Positions 28,326 to 41,933 are shown, counted from the first letter of the stretch. The stretch: DNA of 64,000 bases from Eledone cirrhosa (GCA_964016885.1 OZ024742.1:194928001-194992000), one strand, 5' to 3'. The notes: a model not told the origin generated them from the sequence alone. Numbers and translations: made by a program.

Positions 28326-28473
28326 CAACATTTTTCTTACAAGGCATTGCTCAATCCGAGACTATAGTAAATACATTGGTCCAACGTGCCAGGCTGTAGG
28401 AGTGAAGCCGCAACCGCGTAATAATAACCGAACAACTACGCCTGCTCCTGTATGCGTAAATAATATATCTTAC

Positions 28474-28845
28474 CTTTGCAAACAAATTGGAACGGACTCT
28501 TTAAGTCCTTTATCCATGTTTGAATCACCGTTATTCTCAATTAAAATCTTATTAGAATTATGGTGTCCGGTGTTCATTTTGCGACTTAAGAGTTGAAAAT
28601 AAATTTCTTTTATCTGCGACGAATTCGAAGGTTTCCTCATATACATTCTACTAGAATGGATTTCAGAATTGGGGCTTTCGGATAATGTGTCATGTTCTCT
28701 GGAAACAATGTTACACACTTCTACTGGTGTTCCTTCAGTCTTTACCAATGATGTAGAATAAATTTCATGATTATTGAAATTTTCCTTCGCTAAAACAGAT
28801 TTGGCTTGTCTTCTTTGAATCTGGGTACCATTTATTAATTGAGAT
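28474..28845 (-). CDS. Host gene exon (cytoplasmic tail)
   Basis: Acceptor aatacttctag gives a phase-2 join to the TM exon (K-SQLINGTQIQRRQAKSVLAKEN...ESVPICLQ); 372 nt open within ORF 28470-28889; ends at aag|gtaag (donor, or read-through to TAA). Confidence 0.6.
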
Positions 28846-29269
28846 CTAGAAGTATTATTTACAGAAAAATGTTCGTTATCAAAGAGCATACATATGTCGG
28901 TTTATATATATATGTATGTATGTATGCACGTATGTATGCATGTAGGCATGTATGTATATATGTATGTTCTTCTGGTTATATAATTTTATAAATGTTTACT
29001 AATAGAGAGAGAGTCGGTTTCTAACATAGATACAAGACTCTCTCAGTGGAATTCACACAACATCGACTAGGTAGATATGTATGCATGTGTGTGCAGGTAT
29101 GAATGTAATGTATGAGTGGTTGTGTATGCTATGAGTGATATGTATGTATGTGCATATGCTTTGTATCTGTTCATGTGTATATGCAGTTATTAGATGCAGA
29201 ATTTTCATTGTTCCATTAATGGATTGTACTTGTAATTTCCTAACTAGTTGTGTTCTTTCTGTTTCTATG

Positions 29270-29650
29270 AAGCTTAGCTTCTCAAGATTTGTATTGAGGC
29301 AGTTACTGACCTATTGAGGCAGTTACTAACATATCCCAGTGTCCAATAATCACAGGTATAAATCTGAAGGTATAGTCAGGGTGAAGTATCTGTAGATTTC
29401 TCATTAGTTCTGCATAGATGTTCTCCTTTTCGATGATGTTTAATATTATACTGGCATCTGCTGGGCAGCTAACTTCCACTACTGTGCATGCCTTCTTTTC
29501 CCTCTCCCATATCATTATATCTGATCTGCTATGTGTGCATTTTATTGGGGTTTTGACTGGAACATTCCACCAGTAGTCTTTTATATTATGTATATGTCTT
29601 CCACATTGCTGTAACTTTTAATATGTTTATTATAGGGGCTATCTTTTCTA
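29270..29650 (-). mobile_element. R4/Dong-like LINE restriction-like endonuclease fragment
   Basis: WWNVPVKT..SRSDIMIWEREKKACTVVEVSCP..KENIYAEL..FIPVIIG. Confidence 0.7.
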
Positions 29651-30152
29651 AGGATTGCATTGTATATGACACCGGTGAGATCTTCGATGTTAATCCTGCA
29701 GAGTCTGCATTTGTGGTCGCACTAGGTATTTTACTTTCATCCCTATCTCTTTTGTGAATGAATGTATGTATGTATGTAATGTGTGTATGTATGTATATGT
29801 AAGTATAGAGTCTGCGATGCTGAGTTGAGGGAGACCATTAGTCATGGAAATAGAGTCCTCAATGCTTGGCGAGATGCAGAGAAAGTATAGAGATGTGTAA
29901 AATCCCGACCGCGGTGCCAAACGGATTCGGCTTGTGTGTTCAGCAAAACTTTTCAAGAATTTTACATATCTCTCTCTCTATATATATATATAATATATTT
30001 ATATATATATATATAATATATATGTATATATATATGTGTATATATATGTGTATGTATGTAAGTGTGTATGCGTGTATGTATGTATGTATGATTGTATGTG
30101 TATACATATATATATATATATATATACATATATATACATATATATATATATG

Positions 30153-30368
30153 TGAAGGCGCGTGGCTGAGTGGTTAGAGAATTGGATTCGCAATCGTAAG
30201 GTTGTGAGTTCGATTCCTGGATCAGGCGATGCGTTATGTCCTTGAGCAAGACACTTTATTTCACGTTGCTCCTTCTACCTGGAGTTGCGACCGATAGATA
30301 GTATTAGCAATTGGAAAGACCAATGGAAACATTGTTTCCTCGGTCCGATTTGACGAAAGTCGATCGAT
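30153..30368 (+). mobile_element. tRNA-derived SINE family S1
   Basis: Pol III A/B boxes plus CORE-like block; near-identical to 23050-23270. Confidence 0.85.
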
Positions 30369-30544
30369 TAAAAAAAATATATATATAGTATATAATGCAA
30401 TTCTATATATTTAACATGTATGAACGACCTTATATTTTGGGTCCAGTGTTGGCGAAACTTGTATAATGGAGTAGCCCTTACAATAGATAGAGCTTTGTTT
30501 TCCCTGGTTTTTAATTTACGGATAGCCGGCACACACACACACAG

Positions 30545-30601
<57 letters not shown>

Positions 30602-30736
30602 TCTGTGTGTGTGTGTGCAGGATACATATATATATATATATGAATATACATGTATATACATGCACATATTATATATATATATACATGCATATATTATATA
30701 TACTTATAGCTACAAATATATGCACATACACACACG

Positions 30737-30783
<47 letters not shown>

Positions 30784-30842
30784 GGAAAAAATGAAATTTC
30801 ATTTTTCCCTCTTAGTACGGCTGATACTTAAATATAAGCATG

Positions 30843-31115
30843 TATACAGAAGTACACTAGTATGTATATACATGTGTACACTAGTATGTGTATACAGAAG
30901 TACACTAGTATGTATATACATGTGTACACTAGTATGTGTATACAGAAGTACACTAGTATGTATATACATGTGTACACTAGTATGTGTATACAGAAGTACA
31001 CTAGTATGTACATACATATGTACACTAGTATGTATATACAGAAGTACACTAGTATGTGTATACATATGTATGTATACGTACGTACATATATGTTTACACA
31101 CGTACACTAGTATGT
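30843..31115. repeat. 48-bp (2x24) minisatellite inside repeat 30780-31318
   Basis: Unit tacagaagtacactagtatgtata-tacatgtgtacactagtatgtgta, about 5 copies. Confidence 0.85.
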
Positions 31116-31319
31116 ATATACATACATGCACACATATATATATGTACGTATGGGTTTACCGAAAATTTATTATAATGCTCGGTTTATTTGCAAACAAACA
31201 ACCCGAATTAGTAGCCGTAGAGTGTTCGGCAACCATCGTTGCCCTTTTGTTCAACACTGACTAAGGGGCGATGAACTAGTGTCTAGCTTATTAGCTGTCA
31301 TCAGCATCGTGTACCTTCC

Positions 31320-31403
<84 letters not shown>

Positions 31404-31448
31404 GAGAGTAAAACAAAGAATCCTTTAATACATCAAAAGTTTTTATTA

Positions 31449-31486
31449 GCCGACAATGTTTCGTCCTATTAAGGACTCATCAGGGC
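31449..31486 (-). ncRNA. Canonical hammerhead, inverted copy of 33728-33765
   Basis: Exact reverse complement. Confidence 0.92.
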
Positions 31487-33727
31487 AATCAAAACAACAA
31501 GAGGTAATTTCGGCAGATACAAGCCAGAAACTCTGAAGAATATGGAGTTTACATACACTAATGTCTTACAAAGATATACGATAATAAAAATGAAGATAAA
31601 AATAATAAAATTATAATAACTAAGGATGTAGATAACATTAAGAACCATATTACAAATATAGTCCAAAGTCACCAACTTAAATCTAAACAAATTTGGTTAT
31701 ATAGAGCAGGAATTATATATAACACAGTATAATACATTATAATAATAATAAATCTATACCAACACTGAAATTCCAAATCAAAAATCAAAAGGTACAATAT
31801 ATACATGTATATATGTGCGCACACACACACACACACACACACACATATTACAATACACATATCTATTTTCTAATACACAGAAATTAAGCCCTATTGGAAG
31901 TTTGAACATAAAAAATATTCCTTTGTTTGCCAACACTATTGTTACCATTGGTTTTTGATGACTCTTCATTCTAGCTCTCATAATCATTTGGCCACTGTAC
32001 CATATCTATGTCTTCACTATTACACCTTGTTAGTATACATAAGATTACACACGTTATTATCTTTATATATTCTTTTATTATCATTAACTTTAATTTTTAA
32101 TTTTAACATTATTTTTATTTTTATTTTTAATTTTAATTCTATTTATATTTTTATTTCTAAGTCTATTCTGATTTATCTATCGAACCCCCCATGCACGCAT
32201 AAACTTATTGTCAACCCCTCTAGATTGAATATGATTATATTAACCCCCCCCCCCTCTTTTATGCTCTGTTCTATTATTTATTATAGTATATCGAATATAT
32301 TTTATGCCACTTCGCACCCTCCATATATTTTGTCAATTCTGTCCCCATTAGCCTACCTTAACTATACTTAAGTCAGTTTTTTAGATATCGTTGCGTGTAT
32401 GATAGTGTAATTTTATTCCCTTTTGTAAACATTTGTAACGATACATTAAAGTTTATATACTTTAATGACTTAGACTATAGCTAATTTTATACTACCTTAT
32501 CGGACGGGTTTGATATTTTTAATATTAATTTATCAGATAGGGTTTGGAGTCATTTAAAATGATCGTTTTCCTTGGTGTTTACCAAATTTCTTAATGCACG
32601 CGAGACCTAAGTGTGTACACATTTGCTTTGTTTTGTAATTTCCGGTTGATTGTATTTATCTGTTTTATTTACTACTCACTGTCTGGCTTCGTTCACTCAT
32701 CCACACATGTCTGTCTACTAACCTTGAAATTATAAGTATTTATTTATATATTATATGCCAATTTTTAAAATATATTACATTATGATATAGATCCTTATTA
32801 CTTACCGTTTATTATATATAACATTAAGATAGTTAAACTTTATATATTTTAATATTTTAATATTTTAATAATGTAACATTATGGTATTTAGACTTTACAT
32901 ATGTTAGATGTCTATATTTTTTCTGTAACAACATATTTTTTCTGTAACATCATAATTGTTCCCTGTACCAATATAGTTTTTTTGAGTACTATTGTATTAT
33001 ATTATATGATTGATATTTCCCCATTTATTATGTAACCCAGTATGAATCATGTTGTACATATTGTTTATGGTAATTGTTAATATAATGTTAACAATTTATC
33101 ATTGTATTTCACTGTGACATCTATATTGTTTCTGTAAATTAACCGGAGATTATATATATTCTACTTTATTATATTGTATTGTATTATATAATTTTGTTGT
33201 TTATTATTTATTATAAGTGTTTCTTGTAATTATTGCCTCATGTATATTGGGTAGATGTATTAGCATTATTTTCACTATTACCATGCTTATTTTTGATATT
33301 TTTGATGTTCAAACTTCCAATAGGGCTTAATTTCTGTGTATTAGAAAATAGATATGTGTATTGTAATATGTGTGTGTGTGTGTGTGTGTGTGCGCGCACA
33401 TATATACATGTATATATTGTACCTTTTGATTTTTGATTTGGAATTTCAGTGTTGGTATAGATATATTATTATTATAATGTATTATACTGTGTTATATATA
33501 ATTCCTGCTCTATATAACCAAATTTGTTTAGATTTAAGTTGGTGACTTTGGACTATATTTGTAATATGGTTCTTAATGTTATCTACATCCTTAGTTATTA
33601 TAATTTTATTATTTTTATCTTCATTTTTATTATCGTATATCTTTGTAAGACAATAGTGTATGTAAACTCCATATTCTTCAGAGTTTCTGGCTTGTATCTG
33701 CCGAAATTACCTCTTGTTGTTTTGATT

Positions 33728-33765
33728 GCCCTGATGAGTCCTTAATAGGACGAAACATTGTCGGC
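33728..33765 (+). ncRNA. Canonical minimal type I hammerhead ribozyme
   Basis: gcc-CTGATGA-gtcc(ttaata)ggac-GAAAC(att)GTC-ggc. Confidence 0.92.
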
Positions 33766-33917
33766 TAATAAAAACTTTTGATGTATTAAAGGATTCTTTG
33801 TTTTACTCTCTTAATTTTTCGGCTCTGTTTAACTGCATTGAGCTATACCTTTTACTGTCATTTCTATAATACGAAGAGGGTGTTTAACTCAAACACGCTC
33901 CAGTATTCTAATCCTTA

Positions 33918-33948
<31 letters not shown>

Positions 33949-34320
33949 GTATTTATTAATATGTATATATATATATATACTGGAAAGCGTATTGCTACAA
34001 AGTATAGTTGTATCAGAATCTCACAAATACTTCAGCTATATACATCCACGGGCAAAGGTGACAGGATCTATAGAATTCTATTTACCGTCTAGAAAACTGG
34101 ATGAATACGAAATATATGAACGCCAGAGCGTAGACAAATAGTCATATATACACATATATATAATATTTATATATAAGTAATATATATTTATATACAGCTG
34201 ATCTATAGCGAAACGCGCGACAATACTAAAGACATAACAAAACGTCCTTTTATTATATATGTATGTGTGTGTATGCGTATGTATATATATGTAAATATGT
34301 ATATACGGATATATATACAT

Positions 34321-34427
<107 letters not shown>

Positions 34428-34429
34428 AC

Positions 34430-37400
34430 TTAACTTTGATAACTTTGATAGATTTCGGCCAGTAATAGCCCAGGCCATGTCTAACTTAATAGCACCACCT
34501 GGCATAGTCTTACAAATCAGTGTTTGGGCACCATGGCCCACTCGAGCAGAGAGTTATTGTTTACGGAGTCATATCCGGGTGTAGTAGGCTTATCCGGGAT
34601 TTCTTGAAGAATTTATCCAAATACATCTTGAACTTGATGGGGTCTGTCTCTGATTTGATGTGTTTTGGTGTAATGTTAAAGAATGCAGGGCCAATTGAGG
34701 TGAAATAATTGTGCCGTATTGTTTTTATGTGATGCGAGTGAGATTTTGGTTTGGGCGGATAGCACGGGGTCCAAGCTTCGGGTGTACACTAAAGGTGATG
34801 CCAACATCATTTGGTCAAAGATGATGGAATAATTTCCACATCATACAAATAAAGTAGCGCTCACGGCGATGTTGGAAAGAATAAAGTTTGAACTTTTCTA
34901 ATCGACTCCAATAGTCAAGGCCTGTCATGCCATCTATCGTTTTTGTAATTGCCGTTTGGGGTGCTTCAACTTTCATGATACTTTGTTTCGTGTGGGGTGA
35001 CCACAGTGGACAACAGTATTCAAGGTGGGGTCGGGAAAAAGTGGAGAAGAGATGGATAACAGTGTTGATATCTCTCGACTGGAAAGTTCTGAGAATCCAG
35101 GAACACATTCTGCGGGCCATATCAACTTTGCTGCTTATATGAGTGGCCCAGCTTATGTTGTTGTCCACAATTACTCCCAGGTCTCTGATGATATTGGATG
35201 CCACTAGAGTTTCACCCGAAGGAAGAGGGTATGGTAGTTTCAGGGCATCCTTTTTTCCAAAGTGGATTAATTCAAATTTATCCTCATTCAACAGCATATT
35301 ATTCATTTCTACCTATTGGATAACAGCCAGTAGGTCTGACTGAAGGCAAGTCCGGTCACCCACCTCATTGATGACCCTGATGTTGCTGTGCTTGATGATG
35401 TCAGTAATGTCATTAATGTAGATGATGAAAAGAAGTGGGCTCAACACAGTGCCTTGTGGAACGCCACTGCTGACTTTGGCAGGGCTTGATATTACTCCTT
35501 CGACTACAACATGCTGGGTTCTGCCTGTCAGGAAACATTTGCTCCACTGTAGTAACCTTCTAGAGACAGCAACATTGGATAGTTTTTTCAGTAGAATCTT
35601 ATGATCAAGCCTGTTGAAGGCCTTGCTGAAATCAAGGTAGTTGACATCAGTGTTGGAGCCCTCTCCCAAGGCTCTCAAAACATCGTCAAATTGATGCAGG
35701 AGCTGCGTTAGGAAGTCCCTTCCATTACGGAACCCATGTTGGTTGGAGTTCAGCAGGCCGTTGCTTTCAAGAAAGTGGGTTATTCGTGATCTCACCACCC
35801 TCTCAAATACCTTGATAATATGAGAGGTGAGTGATATCGGACGGTAGTTCACTGCAAGGGATTTATTTCCCTTTTTGAAGACTGGGACAGAAAGTTTTCA
35901 GGAATATAGCTAGTGTCCAGTGAGTTCCTCCACAGATTAGCAAGAGAAGATGCAAGTTGGTGTCGACACACCTTCAGGACACAAGCAGGGAACCTGTCGG
36001 GGCCTACTGCTAAATTGTGTTTAATTTCGTTTATTGCCGCTAAGACATCAGGGGCGCCAAACGTTATGTCTGATATAGTGTGTTGGGGATTAACATCACT
36101 GATACGGCCCAGATCGGCCATATCAGAGTTGCTGAAAACAGAGCAGTATAGTTTCTGCAGTATCTCGCCCATGGTTTTGGCATTGTCCTGGAGTGTGCCA
36201 TTTTCATCAACTAGGGGGCCAACAGTGGAGACGGTGACCTTGTGATTTTAGTAAATGAAAAGAACACTTTGGGGTTGAGTTTGATTTTCTCAATGGCCCA
36301 CCTCTCTTCAGCTATTCTCTGGTATTTTGATGATGGTCATCATGCATTGCTGGAGGTTATATTTGTTTGACTCAAGCAGGGCGAGAGCCATTGAATGTGT
36401 GTGTTGCTGTTGGCAGTATTTTAGTGTGTTAATTTTTTTGTTTGTTCTTTTTATTTTTCTGATAATTGTTTTTCTGTTTTGGGGGATACCGCACTTGGTT
36501 TTGTTCACAGGTTTTGGTGGGGTGTGTTTTGTACATATATTTGTGACAGTGTCTACAAAGATCTGCCAAGATGTTTTGATGTTGGTGGAAGTGTGTGCGT
36601 GTGTAAAAGACCAGTGGACATGTGATAGTTCGTTCATAATTGCATCCCAGTTGGCATTGTAGAGATCCATGTTATCAAATGGGTGGGCTGGAAAGAGGAC
36701 CCTGGGATTAGCTTTCGGCTGGTGGAATCTCAGGTTACAAAGAACCATGTCATGGTCTGAGAGAAGGGTTTTTTCCACTGTAATATTATCTATAGTGTTA
36801 GTGTGGTTACTAAACACTAGATCCATAATGTACTTCTGATGCCTAGTTGGTGCAAGGACAAGTTGGGAGAAGAAAAACTCATTCATGAAGTCAAGAAATG
36901 ACTCGACAGCCTTTTTGTCAGTGGTTGAGGTTGGGGAGCCTGGTTTCAAATTACATGTAGACCAATCGACACATGGTAGATTAAAGTCTCCCATCAAAAG
37001 TATGCTGCTAGAATGGCACTGTTTAATAAAGCATTCAATACTGTTGAGGCATTCTTTGAAGCAGATTATGGGTGTTTGTGGTGGCCTATATAGCCCAACT
37101 AATGTCAGGTCATTGGCTTTATTGTGCACAGTGACTGATTCACAGTATCCATTAGAGAATGTTGTGTTACCATCTGCCGTAAAGGAATCATGCAAGAAAA
37201 TAGCAATTCCACCCTTTCTTCTGCCAACACGATCCGCACGGATGGTTGTGAAATTTCTCACTCTTACTTCGGCCTCCAAGTGGGAGTTGTCAAGGTGGGT
37301 CTCAGTAAAAATGAAGAAGGAGGTGTGAAATGGATGGTTACCAACCCAATCCTCAATGAATTGGATCTTCCATTTCTGTGCATTGATGGATGGGCTAATA

Positions 37401-38656
37401 CCTTGTGTATTGAGTATGAATGTGAAGGCTAGTGTGGTGGCTTGTTTTTTACTGTTGTAGGGGGCTTGATTTGTGATTGTGCGTTAGTGACAGCAAGGAT
37501 GGTGCTGGGTGATGGCTAAAATGTTTTTCTCTATCTCTTTTGCCAGGTTCATGGCTAAAAAAGAAAGATTTTTCTGTTTAGAGAGCAGTTTTTGATTGGA
37601 TTTGTGGTTACAACATTGGATATGGTTACAGTTACCTCTTTTGTTGTTGTTGTTGTTGTAATCATGTCTTTGTGAAAAGACTGGAGCAGCATTACTTTTG
37701 TTGTTGTAATCATATCTGTGTGAGGGGACTGGAGCAGCATTACCGCAGCAGGGGATGGCTTTATTGTGGTTTGTGGGTTGGCATGGAGCCCCTTTTCTTT
37801 TCGTGCGTTGTGTCCCAGGAAGATGAGTGAAGGGACAGTCAGTCAGCAGACATAGCCTCTCACGTTGGGAATGTTGGCAGATTTTGGGACTGCGACCTAG
37901 ACGTTCGGGCAGCGTGCTTTGTTGTTGGCTGGCAGTGTCAGTGCGCCTAGTACCCGGTAAATGGGTAAATATACAGTCGCTACGTGTGCATAGCCTCTGA
38001 CGTAGTGAGTAGCGGCATATTTGGGGGTCTCTAGTATGTGTAGTGGGGGGGGGGGTACATACAGCTACATAGATTTTTGTTTTCAAAGTTCTTTTGACTA
38101 TGGTATGGCTTTGGTGGTGATGTGGGGGAAGAAAGCATTAGTGGTGATGATGATGATGACAACTGTGGTGGGAGAGAGAGCAGTGGCCCATTACTAGCAG
38201 TTGATGTGGCAGAAGATGTTGATGTGGCAGAAGATGGTGACGGTGGTGATGGTGATGGCGATAATGATGGCTGAGTGAGTGGCTGAGGGATACTGTCATT
38301 CAGTAATTCAACTATTATGCTTGAATTTAGTAGTGGTTGCTCCTAGCTTTCTGGCTGTTGTTGTTGTTGTGGCTGTTGTTGTTGTTGCTGTTGTTGTGTT
38401 TGTCCATTGGAGTAAATATGTCGAAGTTTTTCAAAATGGTTTTGAATTAGTTTGAAAGAGACTTCTACATGTTTTAGTTTGTTGTGTATCTGCTTAGCAG
38501 ACCTCGTGGTAAATATTTGAGCTGTTTTTCCAGCAATTTCATTCAGACATGACACGTTAATGTTTATTGTTTGGGACAGAGAAAATTATGTGTTTATTTA
38601 GCGGTCAATGTTATTTTCAGACCAATTTCGTCCGTTGTGGGCTTGCTGGTGAGTAG

Positions 38657-38660
<4 letters not shown>
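34430..38660 (-). mobile_element. Near full-length CR1-group LINE (ORF1 with CCCH fingers, APE, RT), inactive
   Basis: APE: GLYRPP, MGDFNLP, MDLVF, SDH. RT: NYRPISLTS, QHGFR, YLDFSKAF, SGVPQGTVLSPLLF, RPHLEYC. 3' tandem tatcaaagt. Frameshifts present. Confidence 0.9.
37484..38086 (-). pseudogene. LINE ORF1 region with two C-x8-C-x4-C-x3-H zinc fingers
   Basis: CRYSLRQRLCTRSDCIFTH and CQHSQRERLCLLTDCPFTH, upstream of the APE ORF. Confidence 0.7.
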
Positions 38661-38702
<42 letters not shown>

Positions 38703-38739
<37 letters not shown>

Positions 38740-38970
38740 GAGTTTATGTTGGTTGTATACCAAGACCTCAGTATGCAGGCTGGAGCACTCGACGAGGTGC
38801 GCAGGTTGGTTTGGTTACTCCGGAGTAGTGTAAAATAAAGTTTTTTTTTTTTTGTTTTTTTTTAACTTTATTTTACACTACTCCGGAGTAACCAAACCAA
38901 CCTGCGCACTTCGTCGAGTGCTCAAGCCTGCATACTGAGGTGTTGGTATACAACCAACATAAACTCAAAA

Positions 38971-38990
<20 letters not shown>
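38703..38990. repeat. Fold-back with ~140-bp arms, poly-T spacer and (GA)/(TC) ends
   Basis: 38703-38842 is inverted at 38863-38990 with a few mismatches. Confidence 0.85.
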
Positions 38991-39060
<70 letters not shown>

Positions 39061-39165
39061 TTATAAGAATCAAAGAACTGTTCAAAACATTTTTATGCTT
39101 ACAACTGGTTTGGATTCTTCGGAGCAATTTATTATTGAATGAACACTTATATGACCTCCTGTTAA

Positions 39166-39238
<73 letters not shown>

Positions 39239-39654
39239 CTTGTGTGCGTTTTAAGATATTTGATATTTGATACGTGAGTGAGACTTTGGTTATTTGAAGA
39301 ATTAAAGAATCGTGTATATATAGATATAGATATATTCTCTCTTATGGATGTGAGTTTGGTTGTTTGGGGATGTTAATAGTTTTTGGTTATTTGGTGCTGA
39401 AACAACCTCACTCCACCTCGTGGGCCTCGAACTTGCGGGTAGCTACCTCTACTCCACCCCACCCTACCCCGATAGAAGCCAGTAGGGATGTGGTCCAGGC
39501 GGCCAAGAACGCTGGAACCCCCCTCCCCACTGCCACATGCTCCACCACGGACCTCTCAGACTTAAAGAATAACAATTGATACACCTAACAGTGTCCTAGA
39601 AACGCTGTATGTTGATATGGCGCCCTCTACGGCTCCTTCAGGAATTACGGGACC

Positions 39655-40125
39655 ATACTATACCATACTATACTGAACTATACTATACTATACTATACTA
39701 TACTGTACTATACTATACTATACCATAATCATATCATACTATACTGAACTATACTATATTATCCTATAGAATACTATACTATACTGTACTATACTATACT
39801 GTACTATACTGTACTATACTATACCATAATCATACCATACTATACTATACTGTACTATACTATACTATGCTGTACTGTACTATACTGTACTGTATTATAC
39901 TATACTATACCATAACCATACCATACTATACTATGCTGTACTATACTCTACTGTACTATACAATACTATACTATACCATACTATACTATACTGTACTATA
40001 CTACACTATACCATACCATAACCATGCCATACTATACTATACTGTACTGTACTACACTGTACTATACTATACTGTACTATACTATACCATACTATACCAT
40101 GCCATACTATGCTATAGTATACTAG
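39655..40125. repeat. (TACTA)n pentamer microsatellite
   Basis: Tandem tacta/tactg/tacca. Confidence 0.95.
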
Positions 40126-40741
40126 CCTGTGTATTTAGTGCCGATGTACCGAAGCTGGTCGATACCGGCCACGTTCAATGACAATGCGACTGACTGCTCT
40201 CAGTTGGTCAAGTGAACTTTTGGCCCGAAAACCCGACACTTGTGAGAGGAGTGGACGGAGATAAAACAATAAAAATACAACTTGCTTATACAGGTTTCCG
40301 ATTTATAAGATCATTAGTATTCATAGTTGATAGTTAAACAGTTAACAGACTAGTCCAGGTTCTGCTGCACTTCGGGCTGAGGAGGGCAAACTCTCCAAAT
40401 ACTGTTTGCTCTCTAACAGGTTTGTGGTTGAGTCCGTAGCTGTGGAGAGTTCTGGTGTCCTTAGCCCTACGACCATTCCCCTACTTACCACCATCGACAT
40501 CTGGTGTCCTAGGCCCTTGGACCACCACCCACCCTACAATCGACCATCGACCTCTTGTGTCCTTGCCCTAGGACCCCCTCCCTACTCGTCACCATCGGCT
40601 ATATATAAGCAAAGAGATATTTAATTTGCTGGTAATTCAACAAATTTATTTATTATAACAGATTCGAAGCACTCTACAGTTTTCCTGGAGTATAATATCA
40701 ATGATAGTAATAAATGGAAACTATATTTATAAAACCATATT

Positions 40742-40807
40742 TATTTTATTATATATATATTTCAGTGGTACCAAAAAAACTTTGGTACGCACTCATCAGA
40801 TAAAATA
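40742..40807 (-). ncRNA. Minimal hammerhead, same family as 17290-17350
   Basis: tattttat-CTGATGA-gtgcgtaccaaa(gtttt)tttggtaccact-GAAAT(atatat)ATA-ataaaata. Confidence 0.8.
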
Positions 40808-40860
40808 CGAAATTTATATATATATATATATATATATATAAATACGAAATTTATATATAT

Positions 40861-40899
<39 letters not shown>

Positions 40900-40900
40900 A

Positions 40901-40944
<44 letters not shown>

Positions 40945-40949
40945 GGATT

Positions 40950-41836
40950 AACAAATAATAGTTAAATGCAGTCCACTTAGGTGAAGTCCAGTTATGGTAT
41001 TCCAGGTAGTGGATGATATTAACGCTTGGCTTGGTTTGACTCAACAAGGCGTTTTCATAGTGATGCTGCGGGTATGCTGTAATTCCTATGTTGTAAACAC
41101 TTGGAGTAATAATAAATCAGGAAAGAAGGTTTACATGGTTTGCTATACAAAAAAGTTTTTAATCACATAGCTTACATTTGTTTCACTGAACTGGTATGTC
41201 TAGAGATCGCTATCCGCCTAATTTTGCGTCACTCGATCGCCAATACAGAATTATAACCAGTCAGATCTTCGGAGCATGCGAGAATGAAGAAAATACACAG
41301 GCAAGAAAATAAAAGAAAATATATATGCGTATATTAATTCGTTAACCTCTGTATTAACTCTACAACTATTGAGCTTTGACAGTGGTCCCACTCATGTATA
41401 CGGTTGAAGATGAAGAGAAAGACTGTAAAAACTAGCTTATCTTTATAATTTAAAATTGATACACACTACGATACTTTTTGCCTTATGACAGCTGGTTTTC
41501 ACGCCGTAACATTAGATACATTATATACCCCCCACCTAAGTAATGTCAGGGTCTCCTTAAATAGTTTATTGATAGCATTGTTGTAATAATTGTTGTTGTT
41601 TATTGTTCTAATTGAATGCCATAACTACTCCATATTTTCTTTTATTTTCTTGCCTGTGTATTTTCTTCATTCTCGCATGCTCCGAAGATCTGACTGGTTA
41701 TAATTCTGTATTGGCGATCGAGTGACGCAAAATTAGGCGGATAGCGATCTCTAGACATACCAGTTCAGTGAAACAAATGTAAGCTATGTGATTAAAAACT
41801 TTTTTGTATAGCAAACCATGTAAACCTTCTTTCCTG

Positions 41837-41841
<5 letters not shown>
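40950..41841 (-). mobile_element. Non-coding fold-back element with extended-stem-II hammerheads
   Basis: 41113-41320 is inverted at 41633-41841; TA-flanked. Confidence 0.85.
41676..41788 (+). ncRNA. Hammerhead-like motif, CCGAAGA core, large stem II insert (partner 41166-41278 -)
   Basis: catgct-CCGAAGA-tctgactgg[~62 nt]ccagttcagt-GAAAC(aaat)GTA-agctatg. Confidence 0.65.
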
Positions 41842-41922
<81 letters not shown>

Positions 41923-41933
41923 GAACGAGTAGG

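Larger units (their letters stand above)
31400..33895 (+). mobile_element. Non-coding ~2.5-kb fold-back element with canonical hammerheads in both arms
   Basis: 31400-31918 is the nearly identical inverted copy of ~33297-33814; AT-rich interior with no recognisable ORF; TA-flanked. Confidence 0.85.

Noticed and set aside
28448-28473. GT-AG segment after the cytoplasmic exon
   Set aside because: Only 26 nt, too short for a typical intron; the downstream frame is short and unconvincing.
30153-30225. tRNA-like sequence
   Set aside because: It continues into a CORE-like body and is multicopy, so it is a SINE head rather than a tRNA gene.
30843-31115. Regular repeat array resembling CRISPR
   Set aside because: Direct tandem 24/48-bp units with no unique spacers, no cas genes and a eukaryotic context.
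39240-40615. Possible LTR-retrotransposon remnant
   Set aside because: No paired LTR, no clear PBS/PPT and no coding motif, so it cannot be supported.
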